A stretch of 40,672 nt of DNA from an uncultured Pseudorhodobacter sp. (GCA_945957495.1 CAMFLG010000001.1:1-40672); one strand, 5' to 3'. Numbered from the stretch's first letter, positions 28,018 through 38,256 are shown. Program-made: numbers and translations. The notes: generated by a model from the letters alone, not told the origin.

Positions 28018-29324
28018 AAGCTCAGTATCCTCGAAGACCGCATCTTCCGCCACCTTTTTGCGGCACAGATCATCTCGCTGGTCGGCACAGGGCTTGCCAC
28101 CGTGGCGCTTGGCCTTCTCGCCTGGAAGCTGGCTGGCGCAAATGCTGGGTTTTGGGCACCGCGTTGGCCATCAAGATGATCGCCTATGTCTCCCTCGCCC
28201 CTGCCGCCTCAGCCTTGGCTGCACGGTTGCCACGCAGGGCGCTTCTGGTGGCGCTGGATCTGATACGGGCTTTCGTAGTGCTGTTCCTGCCCTTTGTCAC
28301 AGAGGTCTGGCAGATCTACGTCCTGATTTTTCTGCTGCAAGCCGCCTCTGCCGGGTTCACGCCGGCATTCCAAGCCACCATCCCCGATGTCTTGCCAGAT
28401 GAACGCGACTACACCAACGCCCTGTCCCTGATGCGGCTGGCCGAGGATATGGAGCAGGTTCTGAGCCCGATGCTTGCCTCAGCCCTGCTGACACTGGTCA
28501 GCTTTCCGATGCTTTTCGGTGGCACCGTGGCGGGTTTCGTGGTGTCCGCAGTGCTAGTTGTCTCGGTGCGGGTTCCTTCCCGCGCACCAACCGCAGCGGA
28601 GCCGTTCTGGACCACCGCTACCAAAGGTCTTCGCATCTACTTTGCGACGCCGCGTCTGCGGGGATTGAAGGTGATGGAAATGGCGGTCGCCGCTGCAGGC
28701 GCAATGGTCTACGTCAACACGGTTGTTCTGGTGCAGGCCCGACTTGGCTTGGGCGCCTCCGAGGTCGCTCTGGCTTTTGCCACCTTCGGGGCAGGCTCGA
28801 TGCTGGCGGCGCTCATCTTGCCGCGCTTACTGGAGCGATCAACGGACCGGCCCATGATACTGACCGGGGCGGCACTGATGGTCGCCGTGATTGCGGCCAC
28901 TCCGCTGGTTACCAGGCTTTGGGGCCTGATGCTGCTTTGGACGTTGATTGGGTTTGGATTTTCGCTGACCCAAACGCCGATTGGCCGCATCCTGAACCGT
29001 TCGGCCCAGCCGCAGGATCGACCCGCTGTCTTTGCCGCACAATTTGCCTTGTCGCATGCCTGTTGGCTGGTCACCTACCCGCTTGCTGGCTGGATCGGCG
29101 CCGTGTTCAGCCTGAATGCTGCAGCCCTTGCCCTCGCTGGCTTAGGACTGGCCTCACTATTCTTGACTCTGCGGCTTTGGCCCGCAATTGACCCATCGCA
29201 AGTGCCGCACAGCCATGCTGACCTTCCCGCAAACCACCCGCATCTGGCAACTGCCACCAGCGCAGCGCACAGCCATGCCTTTACGATTGACGCTTTGCAC
29301 CGCCGATGGCCCAAGCCTGCCTAA
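28018..29324 (+). pseudogene. NreB-like MFS metal transporter, start codon lost and frameshifted
   Basis: Frame from 28018 reads KLSILEDRIFRHLFAAQIISLVGTGLATVALGLLAW, with AAG where ATG is expected. It shifts near 28148 into the frame VLGTALAIKMIAYV... ending in a His-rich tail. Confidence 0.8.
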
Positions 29325-29387
29325 AGGCTTCCCGCAAAGAGCAAAATCCCCAAGTGTCGCCTGTTAGCTAGCCAATTCAGCGGACAG

Positions 29388-29413
29388 GCTGCACGGAGGT
29401 GTCCCCGTGCAGC
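29388..29413. terminator. Hairpin between convergent units
   Basis: GCTGCACGG-8 nt-CCGTGCAGC. Confidence 0.55.
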
Positions 29414-29467
29414 TGATGACTTACTTCCTTTATATCGGGCAGTGCTGACGATTTGGACCGAACACCT

Positions 29468-30100
29468 TCAGTCCGCAGCTTCCGCACCGCCTTTGTCCTT
29501 GGCGACATCAACGCTGACAGGTGCGAAGCCGTCGGCTTTCAAGATGAAGGTGATCGTCTTTGCCGCCTGGCTGGTGATGTAGATCGAGTTCGGGTTGGCG
29601 CGGAAATGCCCGGCAACGGTTCCGTCGTCGAGGTGGATCCGCGCCTCGCCGCCGGCAGGAACGCTGAAGCCGTCAAGCTTACGGAACGCGCCCTCGACCT
29701 TGCCCGTATCGGCATCCGTGATGCTGTAGTAGATCGAAAACCCGGTCAAAGGCGCGCTGCCCGAATTGGTCACCAGGAGTTCCAGGTGATCGGTCGCGTC
29801 CTTCTTGGCGGCATAGTCATAGTTGTTTTCGACCAGCGCCTCCTTGATCGCGAAAGTGGCGGGGGCACCTGTCATGTCCAGTGGGTTTGCCATGAAGGCA
29901 GGGTCGGCATCGGCCAAATCGTTCTGGCCGTCGCCATCGGTGTCCGCCACTAGCGGATCGGTGCCAAGCAGCACCTCCGAGGCATCGGGCACACCGTCGC
30001 CATCCGTATCGGTCGTGGTCTGCGAAAACCCGGGGTTGGCCAGCGTCAGGCCTAGGATGGAGACGAGCGCAAGCGCCCCGATGTGTTTCTTGAGGGTCAT
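29468..30100 (-). CDS. Secreted protein with Asp-rich Ca-binding (thrombospondin type 3-like) repeats
   Basis: Signal peptide; DTDGDGVPD..E...GTDP..ADTDGDGQND; AAAGGA RBS. Confidence 0.8.
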   Translation of the reverse strand: MTLKKHIGALALVSILGLTLANPGFSQTTTDTDGDGVPDASEVLLGTDPLVADTDGDGQNDLADADPAFMANPLDMTGAPATFAIKEALVENNYDYAAKKDATDHLELLVTNSGSAPLTGFSIYYSITDADTGKVEGAFRKLDGFSVPAGGEARIHLDDGTVAGHFRANPNSIYITSQAAKTITFILKADGFAPVSVDVAKDKGGAEAAD

Positions 30101-30118
30101 GGTGTATTTCCTTTGATT

Positions 30119-31126
30119 TCAGGCTTTTGCAAGCCGGTCGGGGTTGAGGGGAAGGGCCAGCGCAAGTGCGCCGAGCCCAAGGGCAGTGAGGAAGATCCAG
30201 ATCAGATTGCCCAGCATCTCGATCAGGATTGGGCCAAGCGGCATCCCGGCATAGGTCGCCTTGATACCCAGCACGGCGAAGGTGAACCGCTCGAAATGTT
30301 TGGTGACAGAGGCTTGCTCGATGCCGTCGCGCACCGTCTCGAAGGTCGCAAACCCCTTCATGATCTGGATCTGATCGGGCTTAGCGATGTTCAACTGCTT
30401 GAACACGCCCCCGGCCACCTGATTGTCTGGGTCCAGCGTGTCACCGATCTGCGGCGCCACCAGCACCAGCGTCAGCCAGATCGCAAAGGCGACCAGCAGC
30501 GCGTGGCTGGGTTGCTTCATGTGCAGCGACAGGATGAAACTGACCAGGAAGAAGCTGGCGGTATAAGCCACGGCCACTGCCCAGACGATGGCGATACGCA
30601 GGAGATCATCCAGGCCCAGCCCGATGCCGGACATGAGGTGCAAGAGCAGGGTCAGCCCGCCCAGAACCAGCGCAAGACCGCCCGCCAGCAGGCCGATCCC
30701 GGCCAAGGCCTTGCCCGCCACGAATTGCCACCGGCGCATCGGGCGGGTCAGCATCAGCGCCAGGGTTTGCCGTCCGCGTTCGCTGGCGGCCGAGCGATAG
30801 CCGATCAGGATGGCGATGGCGGCCCCGATGATCTCGATCTGCTCGATGGCGCCGCGCAGCAGGCGCAACGGGTAGAACTCGGGTGCTTTGATCGCATCGG
30901 CAGATTTGCCAAGCGCAAGAAGGGACGCCTTGGCTGCCTCATAAGTCGCGACGTCGCCGCGCAAGGCGATGGCACCCGTCACAAGGGCTACCAGGGCTGC
31001 AAGGCCCAGAAAGGCGGTGACGATCAGGATGAAACGGTCGCGCAGCGCATCGCGGATATCCTTGCCGGCGATGGTGCGGACAGGGGTTGGGTTCAATCGG
31101 ATGGAGTTCAGGGCGGCGTCAGACAT
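30119..31126 (-). CDS. ABC-2/NosY-like permease
   Basis: IAGKDIRD, SERGRQTLALMLTRPM..FVAGK, multiple TMs. Confidence 0.88.
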   Translation of the reverse strand: MSDAALNSIRLNPTPVRTIAGKDIRDALRDRFILIVTAFLGLAALVALVTGAIALRGDVATYEAAKASLLALGKSADAIKAPEFYPLRLLRGAIEQIEIIGAAIAILIGYRSAASERGRQTLALMLTRPMRRWQFVAGKALAGIGLLAGGLALVLGGLTLLLHLMSGIGLGLDDLLRIAIVWAVAVAYTASFFLVSFILSLHMKQPSHALLVAFAIWLTLVLVAPQIGDTLDPDNQVAGGVFKQLNIAKPDQIQIMKGFATFETVRDGIEQASVTKHFERFTFAVLGIKATYAGMPLGPILIEMLGNLIWIFLTALGLGALALALPLNPDRLAKA

Positions 31127-32063
31127 TGTACTCTCCTTGCGTCATGGAAAGCCGGGTCAGTGCGCGCCAAGCGATTGCGCCAGCCAGGCCGGTCGCGAGG
31201 ACCAGGGTGATCACCGGCGGGATGAAGGACGGCGAGGCGATGCCCTGCGGCAGGTAGTCAAGCAATGCCGCCGAGGCGAACTTGTAGGCATCGGCCAGCG
31301 AGACGGGGCCAAGTACGACAGCAGCCCAGTGAAAGAAGCTGGTGTCGGGAGGGGTGGCCAGCGCCGAAATCGGATTGATCGCAGCCGTCGGGTTCAGGTT
31401 TGCGGTCAGCTGCGGAAGGATGAAGGTCAGGGTCAGCCAGAGGGTGACGGGCAGCAAAAGCCCGACGGTTTCCGACTTTGCCCAAGCCCCTGCCGCGAGG
31501 CCGATCAGACCGAAGATGCCCATGTAAAGCGTGGTGATGGCCATGAAGCCGGCCAATTGGACCCACTGCGTGCCCGTCAATGTGATGGCAGGCAGCATCA
31601 AAAACGTTGCAACCGCCACAACTCCGGCCACCGCGCCCAAAGCCAGAACCAACCCGGTCAGGGCTGCGATCTTGCCAGCTGCATAGGAATTTCGGCCAAG
31701 CGGACGGATGCCGATCAGCGGCAACACCCCCGCCTTGCGATCAAGTCCAATCAAACGATTGCCGATCACGATGGCGGACAGCGCCCCGATCAGTGCCACA
31801 TAGACCGACAGGTTGCGCATCAACGACAAGGGAGAGATGTCCAGAACCGGGTTTGTCGGCACCGGCTGGCCTGCACTTTTCAGAAACGCTGCCGCGTCCA
31901 GATAGATGCGGTTGACCGTCGAGGTCGCGGACCAGCCAAGCCAGGCTGAAATCAGCACCAGAACGACGAACATCAGCGACAGAAGCACCACCGTGCGTTC
32001 GCGCAGCACGAAGCCTGCGGATTGGCGGGCGATCAGCCAGCCGGGGTAAGTTGCATCTTCCAT
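31119..32063 (-). CDS. ABC-2/NosY-like permease
   Basis: DRKAGVLPLIGIRPL..YAAGK, multiple TMs; TGATG overlap with the ATPase. Confidence 0.86.
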   Translation of the reverse strand: MEDATYPGWLIARQSAGFVLRERTVVLLSLMFVVLVLISAWLGWSATSTVNRIYLDAAAFLKSAGQPVPTNPVLDISPLSLMRNLSVYVALIGALSAIVIGNRLIGLDRKAGVLPLIGIRPLGRNSYAAGKIAALTGLVLALGAVAGVVAVATFLMLPAITLTGTQWVQLAGFMAITTLYMGIFGLIGLAAGAWAKSETVGLLLPVTLWLTLTFILPQLTANLNPTAAINPISALATPPDTSFFHWAAVVLGPVSLADAYKFASAALLDYLPQGIASPSFIPPVITLVLATGLAGAIAWRALTRLSMTQGEYNV

Positions 32064-32812
32064 CACGCAACCTCGGCCAGACGGCCAACCGGGGTCAGCG
32101 ACAGGTAAAGCTCCTCCAAAGCCGCATCGTCGCCATAGCGGGCGGTCACGGCTTCGATCCGGTCGTGGTAAACTAGTTTGCCGTGGCTCAGCACCGCGAT
32201 GCTGGTGCAGGTCTTGGCAATCTCGGAAATCAGATGGGTGTTCATGAAGATGGTCATCCCGAATTCGGTATTCAGGCGCATCACCAGGTCGCGCAGCATC
32301 TTGATGCCCATCGGGTCGAGGCCCGAGGTAGGCTCATCCAGAAACAGGACTGCGGGCTGGTGCAGGATGGCCTGCGCAAGTCCGACACGCTGACGCATCC
32401 CCTTGGAAAAGCCCCCCACACGCTTGTCGGCCAGATAGGTGCACTCCAAGAGGTCAAGCACGGATTCCACGCGCCGCTTCGGGTCCGCCACGCCCGACAG
32501 GCGGGCAAAGAAAATCAGGTTCTCAGCCGCGGTCAGGGTGTCGTAAAGCCGCACGTTTTCGGGGACATAGCCGATGCGGCGTCGCACTTCCAACGGCTCA
32601 CTGCAGATGTCATGCCCTGCCACGGTCGCCGTCCCAGAAGCTGGACGCGCCAATGTGGTCAGCATCTGGATTGTCGTCGTTTTGCCCGCGCCGTTGTGAC
32701 CGAGAAAGCCGAAGATCTCGCCTTTGGCGATGTCCATCGACAGGGCATCAACGGCGGTCACCCCATCAAAGGATTGGGTTAGCCGGTTCAACCGGATCAT
32801 GGGTTCAGGCAT
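32063..32812 (-). CDS. ABC transporter ATP-binding protein
   Basis: GHNGAGKT, FSKGMRQR, LFLDEPT, NTH. Confidence 0.94.
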   Translation of the reverse strand: MPEPMIRLNRLTQSFDGVTAVDALSMDIAKGEIFGFLGHNGAGKTTTIQMLTTLARPASGTATVAGHDICSEPLEVRRRIGYVPENVRLYDTLTAAENLIFFARLSGVADPKRRVESVLDLLECTYLADKRVGGFSKGMRQRVGLAQAILHQPAVLFLDEPTSGLDPMGIKMLRDLVMRLNTEFGMTIFMNTHLISEIAKTCTSIAVLSHGKLVYHDRIEAVTARYGDDAALEELYLSLTPVGRLAEVA

Positions 32813-32900
32813 TGGGGCTTCCTTTTCTGGGGGGGCCGTGTGGGCGGGTTCTCGATGGACCCTGTTTGCCTGCCCCACACCGCAGCGTCCTTTCGCCCAA

Positions 32901-32916
32901 CTTACAGTTTTGTAAT
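32901..32916. promoter_or_regulatory. cop-box-like palindrome upstream of the ABC operon
   Basis: CTTACA-GTTT-TGTAAT, same layout as the Pseudomonas CopR box; recurs at 34811 and 38335. Confidence 0.68.
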
Positions 32917-32946
32917 GCGGGCGTTTTCCGGCGATGTCTTTTGGGC

Positions 32947-32980
32947 AAAAGAAAAGGCGGTGCCTTGCGGCACCGCCTTT
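32947..32980 (-). terminator. Rho-independent terminator of the PepSY gene
   Basis: AAAGGCGGTGCC-4 nt-GGCACCGCCTTT followed by TCTTTT on the minus strand. Confidence 0.85.
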
Positions 32981-32999
32981 CCTGGCATTGGGTCAGAGA

Positions 33000-33428
33000 T
33001 CAGTTGTTGGCGTTTTCGCCATCCTGCTCGCCGTCATTGCCATTTTCGCCGCCGTTTTCATTCTCGGCGCCGCCGTCCTGTTCGCCACTCTGCTGATCAT
33101 TTTCGGCCAGCGTGATGTTCATCACCTTGCCATCGGCGGGATTGATGGCGACGGTTTTCTCGCTGCCGTCGGCAAGCACCACATCGGCCATGATCAGATC
33201 AGGCGCACCACTTTCCCCGCTCTGGTATTCGATGCTGGACACCTTGCCGCCTGCCGCCGCTTCCGCGGCGGTAATCGCTTGGGAAAGGCTGGTGGGTGAG
33301 GCCAGGAAGGCCTGCGCTTCGGCCATCGGGTCTTCGGTTCCTTGGGTTTCGGCGAAGGCCGAGGCGCCAGAAATCAGGGAAAGCGCAAGAAGCGCGCCAG
33401 TGATCGTCAGGGAAGTCTTCGTTTTCAT
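33000..33428 (-). CDS. Periplasmic PepSY-domain protein with acidic tail
   Basis: Signal peptide; SLSQAITAAEAAAGGKVSSIE...VAINPADGKV; GGAG RBS. Confidence 0.88.
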   Translation of the reverse strand: MKTKTSLTITGALLALSLISGASAFAETQGTEDPMAEAQAFLASPTSLSQAITAAEAAAGGKVSSIEYQSGESGAPDLIMADVVLADGSEKTVAINPADGKVMNITLAENDQQSGEQDGGAENENGGENGNDGEQDGENANN

Positions 33429-33522
33429 GGGTCTCTCCAGTCAATCATGACCGCTGGTTGCGGCCTGATGAGAGACACATGGGGGTGCCAACTTACACTC
33501 AGTTGTCAGCAGCCTTACAACC

Positions 33523-34719
33523 TCAGGCCCCGCGCGCGGTGGGCAGATTTCCGCCACGCTTGATAAGCAGGACCAAAGCCGCAGCACTGAACACAGCCCC
33601 CGTCAGGAAAGTCGCCGGGGCACCAAGGCTGTCCCACAAGAGCCCCGCCACAAGGCTAGCGATCAAGAGCGCAAACCCGCTGACCAGATTGAAAAACCCG
33701 TAAGCTGTGCCGCGCAGGTCCGCAGGGGCGGTATCGGCCACCATGACGGCCAGCAGGCCTTGTGTCATGCCCATGTGAACGCCCCAGACCGCCACTCCGG
33801 CAAGAACCACGGCCCAATGGGCGGAGTTGGCCAGAATGAGGTCTGCCACGATCAGCAAGGCCAGACCCCCGATCAATAGGGATTTGTGGCTGACCCGATC
33901 CGAAAGGCGGCCCAGCGGGTAGGCCGACAGTGCATAGACCAGGTTCATCACCACCATGACCAATGGTACAGTGGCCAGAGGAATGCCGCTTTGCTGCGCT
34001 CGCAGGACCAGAAACGCCTCGCTGAAGCGGGCCAGCGTAAAGACGGCGCCGATGCCGACAACCTGCCAGTAGGCGGGCGGCAAGCGGGCAAGACTGGTAC
34101 GCCGTATCGGGTTCTGCCGGATGGCTCCGGGTTTCGGCGGCGGCTCCTTCACGCCGAAAGCGAGGAGCGCAACGGCCATGGAACCGGGGAGGACAGCCAC
34201 CCAGAACACCGCCTGAAAGTCGTTGGACCACAGTAGCATCAGCCCCACCGCGATTAGCGGTCCGGCGAATGCGCCCACGGTATCAAGCGACTGGCGCAGC
34301 CCAAACGCAGCACCTCGCAACTCGGGCGGAGCGATATCGGCGACGAGCGCATCGCGCGGTGCACTGCGAATGCCCTTGCCCACGCGGTCCAAGAGCCGCG
34401 CGGTCAACACGACACCCACGCTTGGGGCAAGGGCGAACAGCGGCTTTGTGATCGCCCCAAGACCGTAGCCGATCAGCGCCAAGCCTTTGCGCCGCCCGAA
34501 CCAATCACTCAGCACGCCCGAAAATACCTTGACGATCAGCGCGGTTGCTTCGGCCAGCCCCTCGATCAGCCCGATCATCAGCGCACTGGCGCCTAAGGCG
34601 GTGACCATGAAAAGCGGCAGCAGGCTGTGGATCATCTCGGACGAGACATCCATCAGGAGACTGACGAAGCCCAGAACCCAGATGCCGGTCGGAATCTGGC
34701 TGCGGTTGGATGCGAACAT
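33523..34719 (-). CDS. MFS transporter
   Basis: SLLMDVSSEMIH, GVLSDWFGRRK, DRVGKGIRSAPRDAL; about 12 TMs. Confidence 0.92.
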   Translation of the reverse strand: MFASNRSQIPTGIWVLGFVSLLMDVSSEMIHSLLPLFMVTALGASALMIGLIEGLAEATALIVKVFSGVLSDWFGRRKGLALIGYGLGAITKPLFALAPSVGVVLTARLLDRVGKGIRSAPRDALVADIAPPELRGAAFGLRQSLDTVGAFAGPLIAVGLMLLWSNDFQAVFWVAVLPGSMAVALLAFGVKEPPPKPGAIRQNPIRRTSLARLPPAYWQVVGIGAVFTLARFSEAFLVLRAQQSGIPLATVPLVMVVMNLVYALSAYPLGRLSDRVSHKSLLIGGLALLIVADLILANSAHWAVVLAGVAVWGVHMGMTQGLLAVMVADTAPADLRGTAYGFFNLVSGFALLIASLVAGLLWDSLGAPATFLTGAVFSAAALVLLIKRGGNLPTARGA

Positions 34720-34810
34720 GGTGCTGGCTCCGGGCGATGAACGGACTGGGTTGCAGCCGGACTGTGCGTCGGCATCCAGCGACGGCGCAACCTCGACGCC
34801 CTTCGGAAAC

Positions 34811-34826
34811 CTTACAAATTTGTGAC
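34811..34826. promoter_or_regulatory. cop-box-like palindrome in the MFS/cytochrome b divergent promoter
   Basis: CTTACA-AATT-TGTGAC. Confidence 0.6.
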
Positions 34827-34912
34827 CTGGCGGAAAGGCTGGCGTGGATTTGGAGATTTAGTTGGGCGCATCGGTCCCGTCTTTCTGGCCGCCCCAATTG
34901 GAACACCTCGAC

Positions 34913-35524
34913 ATGCACAGCACCACTCCTGTCACCAACCTTCAAACCCGGCACAATCGCGCAACCCGCCTTCTGCACGCAGGTCTGGCCCTCGCCATCG
35001 TGACCCAGCTCTTGACCAGTCTGCAAATGCACGGACCGGATGATGTGCAGGCTGGCGATATCCTGTTTCAGGTTCATCGCTATTCGGGCCTTGCGGCCAC
35101 GGTCTTGGCCTTTGGGCTATGGGTCACAATTCTGGTGCGGTCGCGCGGCACCGACCTTGGCGCGCTGATCCCGTGGTTTTCCGGGCGGCGTTTGGCGGCG
35201 CTTGGTCGGGATATCAAGGTGCATGCCGAGGCAGGGTTAAAGTTGCGGCTTCCCGAGCATGACCCGCAGGCGGCCTTGCCTTCAGCCATTCATGGCCTTG
35301 GTCTTCTGCTGATCTCGGCTATGGCCGCCTCTGGCGCGATCTATTTCGTGCAGGTCGCTCTTGGTCTGCATTCGGCCGAACCGGATGGGATGATCGCGAT
35401 GACGGTTCACCTGGCGCTGGCCAATCTGGTCTGGGCCTACCTGATCGCCCACGCTGGCCTGGCCCTGCTGCACCATCTGTTGCAGTCGATGCGCCTGTCG
35501 ACGATGTGGTCCTTTGCCCGGTAA
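34913..35524 (+). CDS. Cytochrome b561-like membrane protein
   Basis: TRLLHAG, VHRYSG, VHLALA, LIAHAGLALLHH: heme-ligand His pattern. Confidence 0.85.
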   Translation: MHSTTPVTNLQTRHNRATRLLHAGLALAIVTQLLTSLQMHGPDDVQAGDILFQVHRYSGLAATVLAFGLWVTILVRSRGTDLGALIPWFSGRRLAALGRDIKVHAEAGLKLRLPEHDPQAALPSAIHGLGLLLISAMAASGAIYFVQVALGLHSAEPDGMIAMTVHLALANLVWAYLIAHAGLALLHHLLQSMRLSTMWSFAR

Positions 35525-35533
35525 GGCCCCGAT

Positions 35534-36154
35534 ATGTCCCTGTCAGCCGTCGAGCTTTGGAACCAGAATGCCTTTCTTGCAATCAACGCCGGTGCGCAAG
35601 CACCGGCCTATGTCGTCGCGATTGCCAGAATGCTGACAAGTTGGGCGATCTATCTCGCAATGATCCTGTTGGTATTTGCGTGGGTTCGGCGCGGCAGGGC
35701 CGTCAGATTTGCGCTGCTGGATGCGACATGCGCTGCGCTTATCGGCCTGGTCGCCGCGCAGGGGATTGCGGCGCTCTGGTATCATCCAAGACCATTCGAG
35801 ATCGGGCTGGGGCGCCAGTTGCTGGATCATGCCGCAGAATCATCGTTCCCAAGTGACCACGCCACTCTGATGTTCTCTTTGGCAGTATCCCTGCTTTTGA
35901 ATGCGGCAAGTCGGCGCTGGGGCGGCGTACTTCTGCTTTTGGGTTTCGCAGTGGCTTGGTCTCGCATTTACCTCGGGGTTCATTTTCCCCTCGATATGTT
36001 CGGCGCTTTTGGAGTGGCGGCCTTCGTGTCCTTCTTGATCAAATTGGTCGGTTCACACCTGCACCGCCTGTATTATCCACGGCTGATCTCGATCTACGAG
36101 ACAGGTCTTCATCGGCTACGGCTGCCAGATTACATTTTTCCACGCGCCTCGTAA
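35534..36154 (+). CDS. PAP2-family undecaprenyl-pyrophosphate phosphatase (BcrC/YbjG/PbrB-like)
   Basis: HPRPF, SFPSDH, SRIYLGVHFPLD. Confidence 0.92.
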   Translation: MSLSAVELWNQNAFLAINAGAQAPAYVVAIARMLTSWAIYLAMILLVFAWVRRGRAVRFALLDATCAALIGLVAAQGIAALWYHPRPFEIGLGRQLLDHAAESSFPSDHATLMFSLAVSLLLNAASRRWGGVLLLLGFAVAWSRIYLGVHFPLDMFGAFGVAAFVSFLIKLVGSHLHRLYYPRLISIYETGLHRLRLPDYIFPRAS

Positions 36155-36230
36155 GAACAATGATTGGACCGGTCACTGCGCGGCTGTAAACCAACGGCTG
36201 GAACTTGCACGAATTGTGAAGACATGTGGG

Positions 36231-37592
36231 TCATGACACACCGACGATCCTGGCAAACCGCATTTCCACGCGCAGGCCCGGCATTGCATCTGCCAGAGCC
36301 AATTCGGCGCCATGCAGATCTGCCACGGCCTTGACCAAGGAAAGCCCAAGCCCCGTGCCTTCGGTCGTGCGGCTTTTCTCCAGACGATAAAGGCGGCGCA
36401 GCACCAAATCACGCTCCCCGGCCGGAATTCCCGGCCCGGAATCCGAAACAGACGCCGTCACCCGATTGGCCTCGGCCCGCACCCTGCAAGTGATCACCGT
36501 GCCCGACGGGCAATGCCGGATGGCGTTTTCGATCAGGTTTGCGAAGGCCTGAGTCAGTAGTTCCTTATCGCCCGTAACCCATGCGGCACTAGCCACATCG
36601 CACAGCAGGGTCTGGCCCGCATCTTCGGCCACTTCGACATAAACATCTCCGACGTCTCCAAGCAGTGCTGCCAGGTCGACCGGCGCGAATTTCTCCCGAC
36701 GCGCCCCAGCTTCGATCTGCGCGATGCGCAGCAGCGCGGAAAAAGTCCGGTCGATGGCCTCACTTTGCGCGATGGCGGCGGCGAGGTCGTCCTCGACTGG
36801 TGCAGAGATGGCTGCGTTGCGTGCCGCCTCCTCAATATGAATGCGCAGTCTGTTCAACGGCGTGCGCAATTCATGGGCGATGTCGGCGCTGACCTGACGC
36901 ATCGCCTCGACCAGGGCGCCAAGGCGGCCGAGCGTCTGGTTGATCTCGCCCGAAATCAGGTCGAGATCGTCACCACGGCCTGACACTGCCAATCGGGTGG
37001 ACAAATCCCCACCAGCGACCCGGTGGAGCGTGGAGGTTACATCGCTCAGACGGCGCTGAAGTTTGGAGGCGATCCAGGTTCCGGCAGCGATGGCCGCGAT
37101 TAGGACGGCCAAGGCAGACCAACCAAAGCCGGTCAGAATGATTTCGGACAGATCATCCAGATCGGCGTTACTGAGGCCGACGACCAGATAGTCGCCATGC
37201 AGATCGCCCGCATATACCCTGTAGGGATAGTCGGTCTGCACCCCCAGGACAGCCGCTTCAACGATGGACCAGCCCACTGGGATCGGAACATCGCGAATGT
37301 TGGAGGCCAGAACCCGGCCGGCAGCATCCCGCAGCAGAAAGACTGACGAATGGCTGGGGCTCGCGGTGATGCGGGCAGTTATCGCATCTACCAGATCCTG
37401 CTGATCAGCGGCATCCGATTGCTGCAAGGTCGTGAAGATTTCCATCAGCCGCGCATCCTGCCGATCAGCCAACTGCCGATGCAGCACGGTGTAGCCGACC
37501 GCCCCGACCACGATCAGCGCGCCAAGCACAGCAAGCGTGACGCCGAGCGCCAGCCGGAACGAGCTGTGCCGCCAGAGATCAGCGGGGCGCAT
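36231..37592 (-). CDS. Sensor histidine kinase
   Basis: Two TMs, HAMP, AHELRTPL, NLIENA, DSGPG, GTGLGL. Confidence 0.93.
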   Translation of the reverse strand: MRPADLWRHSSFRLALGVTLAVLGALIVVGAVGYTVLHRQLADRQDARLMEIFTTLQQSDAADQQDLVDAITARITASPSHSSVFLLRDAAGRVLASNIRDVPIPVGWSIVEAAVLGVQTDYPYRVYAGDLHGDYLVVGLSNADLDDLSEIILTGFGWSALAVLIAAIAAGTWIASKLQRRLSDVTSTLHRVAGGDLSTRLAVSGRGDDLDLISGEINQTLGRLGALVEAMRQVSADIAHELRTPLNRLRIHIEEAARNAAISAPVEDDLAAAIAQSEAIDRTFSALLRIAQIEAGARREKFAPVDLAALLGDVGDVYVEVAEDAGQTLLCDVASAAWVTGDKELLTQAFANLIENAIRHCPSGTVITCRVRAEANRVTASVSDSGPGIPAGERDLVLRRLYRLEKSRTTEGTGLGLSLVKAVADLHGAELALADAMPGLRVEMRFARIVGVS

Positions 37593-38256
37593 GAAGTGAA
37601 TAGCCCATGTTTTTCAGAGTGTGCAGCAAGGCCACCTCGAACGGCTTGTCGATCTTGGCGCGCAACCGGCTGATGTGGGTTTCAACCACTGACGTTTTCG
37701 GGTCAAAATGGAAATCCCAAACCCGCTCCAGAAGCATGGTGCGCGTGACCACCCGGCCTTCATTGCGCATCAAGACTTCAAGCAAGGTGAACTCCTTTGG
37801 TAGCAGATCAATCGCTTGCCCCCCGCGTGAGGCCTGCCTGCGCATCAGGTCCAGCTCCAGATCTGCGACCCTCAAGACTGTTCTTACCTCTTGCACCGGC
37901 GGACGGCGGGCCAAAGCGTTGACGCGTGCCAGCAGTTCGGCAAAGGCGAAGGGTTTGGTCAGATAATCGTCGCCACCGGCCTCCAGACCTTCGACCCGGT
38001 CGTCAATGCCGCCCAGGGCTGTGAGGAAGAGCACTGGAGTCTTGCGCCCGGCCGCCCGCAAGGCGCGCACTAATGACAGACCGTCAAGCCCGGGTATCAT
38101 GCGGTCTACAACAAGCACGTCATAGCTTTCCCGCGTGGCGGCAAACAGCCCATCCGTGCCATCGGCCAGGACATCGCAAACATGGCCGTTCTCGGTCAGA
38201 CCGCGAGCGACAAAGTCGGCGGCAGAGGGGTCGTCCTCGATCAGCAGGATGCGCAT
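37579..38256 (-). CDS. CusR/CopR-like OmpR-family response regulator
   Basis: MRILLIEDD, VDRMIPG, KPFAFAEL, VWDFHFDPKTSVVETHISRLR. Confidence 0.93.
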   Translation of the reverse strand: MRILLIEDDPSAADFVARGLTENGHVCDVLADGTDGLFAATRESYDVLVVDRMIPGLDGLSLVRALRAAGRKTPVLFLTALGGIDDRVEGLEAGGDDYLTKPFAFAELLARVNALARRPPVQEVRTVLRVADLELDLMRRQASRGGQAIDLLPKEFTLLEVLMRNEGRVVTRTMLLERVWDFHFDPKTSVVETHISRLRAKIDKPFEVALLHTLKNMGYSLHAPR

